Assembly (NCBI RefSeq): GCF_001194135.2
Contig: NC_068997.1
Coordinates: 41,763,891-41,812,762, forward strand
Source: Octopus bimaculoides
Lineage: Eukaryota
Length of the DNA stretch: 48,872 bases
Direction: 5' to 3'
Below the pieces are notes generated by a model that did no database searches, was not told the DNA's origin, and saw only the letters and a list, made by a program, of their open reading frames with translations. The position numbers and the translations under genes were made by a program. Below, in pieces: positions 44,830 to 48,872 of the stretch; position 1 is the stretch's first letter; each line of letters begins with the position of its first letter.

Positions 44830-46780
44830 GCCTCTTTTTTTTCAAATAAAGACAAGGCCAGGAAAAATTAGTCAAGAAGGTAGAGAGACACCAACTGAAG
44901 AATGGTATCTAAGAAGAAAGAAATGATGGTGAGGAATCTAATTGATAGAAGCTGAGAGAATTGAACAAATCAAACAAAGTACTTCGAAAAGAACATCATC
45001 CTAGCACGATTCTGGAAGATTCTAACAAGATTAGCAATTCAGGTTCCCTCCACTATCTCATTAGTTTTCTTGTATTACAGTACTTATTGGGTTGATAATG
45101 AAGAGGTGGTTCTGTTTTGCCTAATTCTGTGTTTTAGGAGATTTTGCACTTCCTTACCCATAAATTGAACTCTTCTATCAGTGTGTATGTCGTCAAGAGT
45201 CCCAACTACAGAAAATAGCTTTTTGATACATCTAACAATGGTTTAAAAGATATCAGTGCAAGAAAAAGCAAAAAGGTAACATGAGTTATTCATCAAATAC
45301 CTCTCAAAGATATTTATTGCAAGATGCCAACTGTTTGTCTCCCACAGAAACCAAGGAAATATATTCTGTTGCCTGAATAATCTTTACCAAATGTTAATTT
45401 GTAGAAGTGTAAAAGATAGGTTTAGTTTAGAATATATTTAGCAACCATAACAGATTTTTTGAAACTTTTTAATAGAAAATGGAAAGTGTTTTTTTTTAGT
45501 TGTGTTTTGACTTTTATTTTTACATATGTAACAACCTTCTCAGACATAGGTGACAGAATTTATTGTGAATTCATTAAAGAAATTTATTATTATCTGCTTG
45601 AACCAAACAGCTTGGAGACAAGACATCAGCACATGCATTCTCTCTTCAACGACATTAAAAAGAAAATAAAAACTAGTGGAAGAAACTTTGAAGTTTCCAA
45701 CATTTGAAGTTTGACATTTGTTATTTTTAATTTAAAAGATTTGCAAAACCTCAATTGTATACCTTGTAATGAATTGTATACCTTGTTAGTCTGTAATGAG
45801 GGTAAAATATCTCTCCAGGGGGTTGTGTTATCATTTGTATAAACACTAAACAGCTGTGCCAGCATCTTGGAGTTCAATAGAAGGCTACAGCAATTCACCT
45901 TTTGGAATAGGTACAAGAGTAAAAAGTAATAGAACGCCGTCCTTGTAATAATATTGCAACTAAAGTAGCATCTAATATATTCTATTTGAATGTAAATAAA
46001 CTGTAGATGTGAATAGTATGGAGGTAAATATTTTCTATGTCAGCTTTAAGATTTCTGAAAACGGTAACAGGTTCTTGAAGAACAAGAAAGATGACATATT
46101 CATTAAGAGTATTAACATTATCATTATCTTCATATATCCATTTCCCATACATGTATGGGTTAGATGAGTTGTCAAAATCCAAGTCAGTTTTTCGTTACGA
46201 TCTATTACTTTCCTAGATCAGTCAGGGAACTTCATCTTACTTATTAGTTGCTTCCCATTACATTTGATGTAATGAAGCAGCAACTCTTTTGAAAACTGGA
46301 AATTTTAAGGTATTTAAGAGGAAGCAACTTATCAGGAACAGGTGATTATTTTGTGCTCTTAAATACAATAATCAAGGTAATTGATGTTTGTTTTATTGAT
46401 GACACACTTTTTACTAGAAAGATTTGTGTTGAGATTTTCTTAATGTCTTTAGATTTCTGTCATAATCGTCTAAAGAGTTGTTACATGCCATAACGTTGTC
46501 TAAATTTGAGCATGTAGATTCCAGGTTACTTTGTGAGATAATTTGGTTCATCACATGTTGAAAATATCCCATATCATTCATGAGGTTGAATGAATTTCAG
46601 TATATTGAAACTATTGTCCTTAGGCTTATAAAACAATAAAAGGATGGTCTGTAATTCCCACTAGACATGTTTCATACTGACCTTGCTAAAATGTAAATGT
46701 TGGGGTACAGTTTGGGTTAGTTCATGAATCGTAGGTGCTGGAAAAGCATCAAAGAGAGTGTTGTCAGTGGTTCAGAAATC
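44830..46780 (-). mobile_element. Highly decayed Gypsy/Ty3 pol (RT, RNase H, integrase) inside SELENOO intron 1
   Basis: Motifs appear in canonical order on the minus strand: TLFDAFPAPTIHEL (LDAYPLP), FQHVMNQII..NLDNV (YLDN), FRNLKADIEN..ATLVAILLQGRRSITFYS (RNase H), TYV*EGCYICKNK (zinc finger), TIVRCIKKLFSVVGTLDDIHTDRRVQFMGKE..RTT (integrase core). Confidence 0.85.
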
Positions 46781-47460
46781 AGTAATCCGTTGTCCCTTTT
46801 TTTTTTTTTCTTTTGTTATTAGTACATGAGTTCTTTATAGTAAATTACTCAGTTCTCTTATATCTTCTTTGAAAAATTATTTTATTCCTTGTGTGACGAA
46901 TTTGCAATCACTCACACAACACTTTTGAGCTCATGTAGCAAAAGGTTTTGTAACCAAAGTGAAATTAGTGGAAAATGTAACAGGGGGGAATGTTCAGGCA
47001 AGCAAGACTTGACAACACTAGAGGGGTTTCAGGATCATTAAATTCAAATGCCCCTGGAAATGGCTGAGGCTTGTAATACTTTCTACGTATTACATCTAAG
47101 CAAAGACTGAGTATAATCAACAGTGTTTGAACATATTACTGGAATTCACAAACAAAGCTATGTTGCTGCCATTGCAACGTTACTACTGAATAGTCTTAAT
47201 GACTAAATTCTTCTGTTTAGCAATAATTAGCTTGGCTACACTGTCACTGTTTATACTGTCAACTAAAACAAGTGTACAAGGCAAAAATAAAATGTTCTAA
47301 TAAAGCTAAAAGAAATTAATGCTTTGAAGATTGGTTCATGACTGGATTTGTCAAATTAGTTTTGCACCTTTTTTTTCCACTTTTGTGACATATGACATTT
47401 TTTGCTGTACATTTTCTGTGGTCATGCTAATACTCCCATCACACACACACACATACAAAC

Positions 47461-47845
47461 TTTTGTTGTTGTTGTTGGCACTCCGTTGCTTACGACGTCG
47501 AGGGTTCCAGTTCAACGGAACAGCCTGCTCGTGAAATTAACGTGCAAGTGGCTGAGCACTCCACAGACATGTGTACCCTTAACATAGTTCTCGGGGATAT
47601 TCAGCATGTCACAGTGTGACAAGGCTGACCCTTTGAATTACAGGCACAACAGAAACAGGAAGAAAGAGTGAGAGAAAGTTGTGGTGAAAGAGTACAGCAG
47701 GGTTCACCACCATCCCCTGCCGGAGCCTCGTGGAGCTTTAGGTGTTTTTGGTCAATAAACACTCACAACGCCCGGTCTGGGAATTGAAAAAGCGATCCTA
47801 TGACTGCGAGCCACTGCCCTAACCACTGGGCCATTGCACCTCCAC
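47461..47845 (-). mobile_element. SINE family C, full length, with 12-bp TSD ACACATACAAAC
   Basis: TSD at 47449-47460 and 47846-47857. Confidence 0.95.
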
Positions 47846-48009
47846 ACACATACAAACACACACTAACATTTTGTGAAATAGCTGCTGAAATAATTTCCAG
47901 TTTAGTGTCCTGTTTTGTAACACTAGCAGCATTTACAAAGACATTGTGGTTATAGGCCAGAAATTTGGGGTAAGAAATTAGACAGTACCACCAATGCTAA
48001 TACTTGACT

Positions 48010-48360
48010 GCTACTTTTATCAACGACGAAAGGAGGAAAGGCTAAGTTAACCTTTGTGGAATTTGAACTCAGAACTCAGAGACCCAGAACAAACATCACA
48101 CAGCATTTTGCCTGTTGCCCTAATAATTCTGCCAGCCCATTGCTCTATGCGTATGTGTGTCTTTGTGTTTTGTTTCGTTCCCACCACTATTTGACAATTG
48201 TAGGTTTGTTTACATCCCATTAACAAAGCAGTTCAGCAAAAAAGAAAAGAGAACAATAGAATAAGTAGCAAACTTAAAAAGAAAGTACTGGGATTGATCA
48301 GTTTGATTAAACCCTTCAGGGCGATGACCCAGCATGGCCACAGACTGACATAAAACAAAA
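48010..48360. mobile_element. Adjacent degenerate SINE A (minus, 48010-48140) and SINE B 3' half (plus, 48170-48360)
   Basis: Core motifs of both families are recognisable. Confidence 0.7.
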
Positions 48361-48739
48361 GAGAAAGCTCTACCATTACTTGATACATTAACTGTCGAGG
48401 AAATATTGAATCACAAAGAAATATAAATAATTGTATACTGATGTCTCCTGAGATGAAGCAGTGACTAATGTTTCCGTCAGATTCCTTCATGAAAGTCACT
48501 AAGCCCCTTTCCATTTAGCTCACTTTTGTTTCTATAAATTCTAGAAATCGTGTGAAAATGGCTTCTCTGTTATTTCCAACCCTCTGCTATGTCGGGTCTT
48601 CATCGACATGGCTGTTTGGTAATTGTTTTCAATGTTCTATAAATTTCAGAAAAACCAGAACACAGAACCGAATTGAAATTATTTTTTAACATTAAAGTTA
48701 TTATTGTAATAATAATCCTTTCTACTGAAGGCACAAGGC

Positions 48740-48872
48740 TTGACATTTGGGGTGGTGGGAATTAGTCGAATACATTGACCCCAGTATTTCACTGGTACTT
48801 AATTTATTGACCCTGAAAGGATGAAAGGCATAGTCAACCTCAGCGGAATTTGAATTCAGAATGTAGTGACAT
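48740..48872 (-). mobile_element. SINE family A, cut by the window end
   Basis: CCCTGAAAGGATGAAAGGCATAGTCAACCTCAGCGGAATTTGAATTCAGAA. Confidence 0.85.

Noticed and set aside
46300-46345. AG|GTATTTAAGAGG as possible SELENOO exon 2
   Set aside because: It translates YLRGSN rather than YLGEV and lies within the antisense Gypsy remnant.

Overview
AT-rich, gap-ridden eukaryotic draft scaffold. It is most likely octopus (inferred from the repeat families and the mollusc-like gene; no database search was run). Most of the window is microsatellite, tRNA-derived SINEs and decayed retroelements: two Gypsy remnants, R4/Dong-like and HERO-like restriction-endonuclease LINEs, RTE, CR1/L2-like, Penelope-like and Tc1/mariner pieces. 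Almost all ORFs in the supplied track are artefacts of repeats or N-gaps. The gene content I can support is: (1) the first coding exon of selenoprotein O / AMPylase SelO at 42063-42592 (+), whose intron 1 runs past the window end and holds a decayed Gypsy pol; (2) two small exons (3388-3467 and 5256-5440, +), missed by the ORF track, that splice in frame into a tandem thyroglobulin type-1 (thyropin-like) protein carrying a 1-nt frameshift; (3) an orphan signal-peptide exon at 17426-17477 next to a cysteine-rich reading frame. The most unusual non-coding observations are two different minimal type I hammerhead ribozyme folds in Penelope-like remnants, one broken by a local fold-back duplication. 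Also notable are a (TAA)n microsatellite that has collected a chain of four insertions, a near-perfect 104-bp-arm palindrome, a possible ~135-bp target-site duplication, and a perfect divergent telomeric-repeat palindrome. No rRNA, bona fide tRNA or CRISPR array is present.
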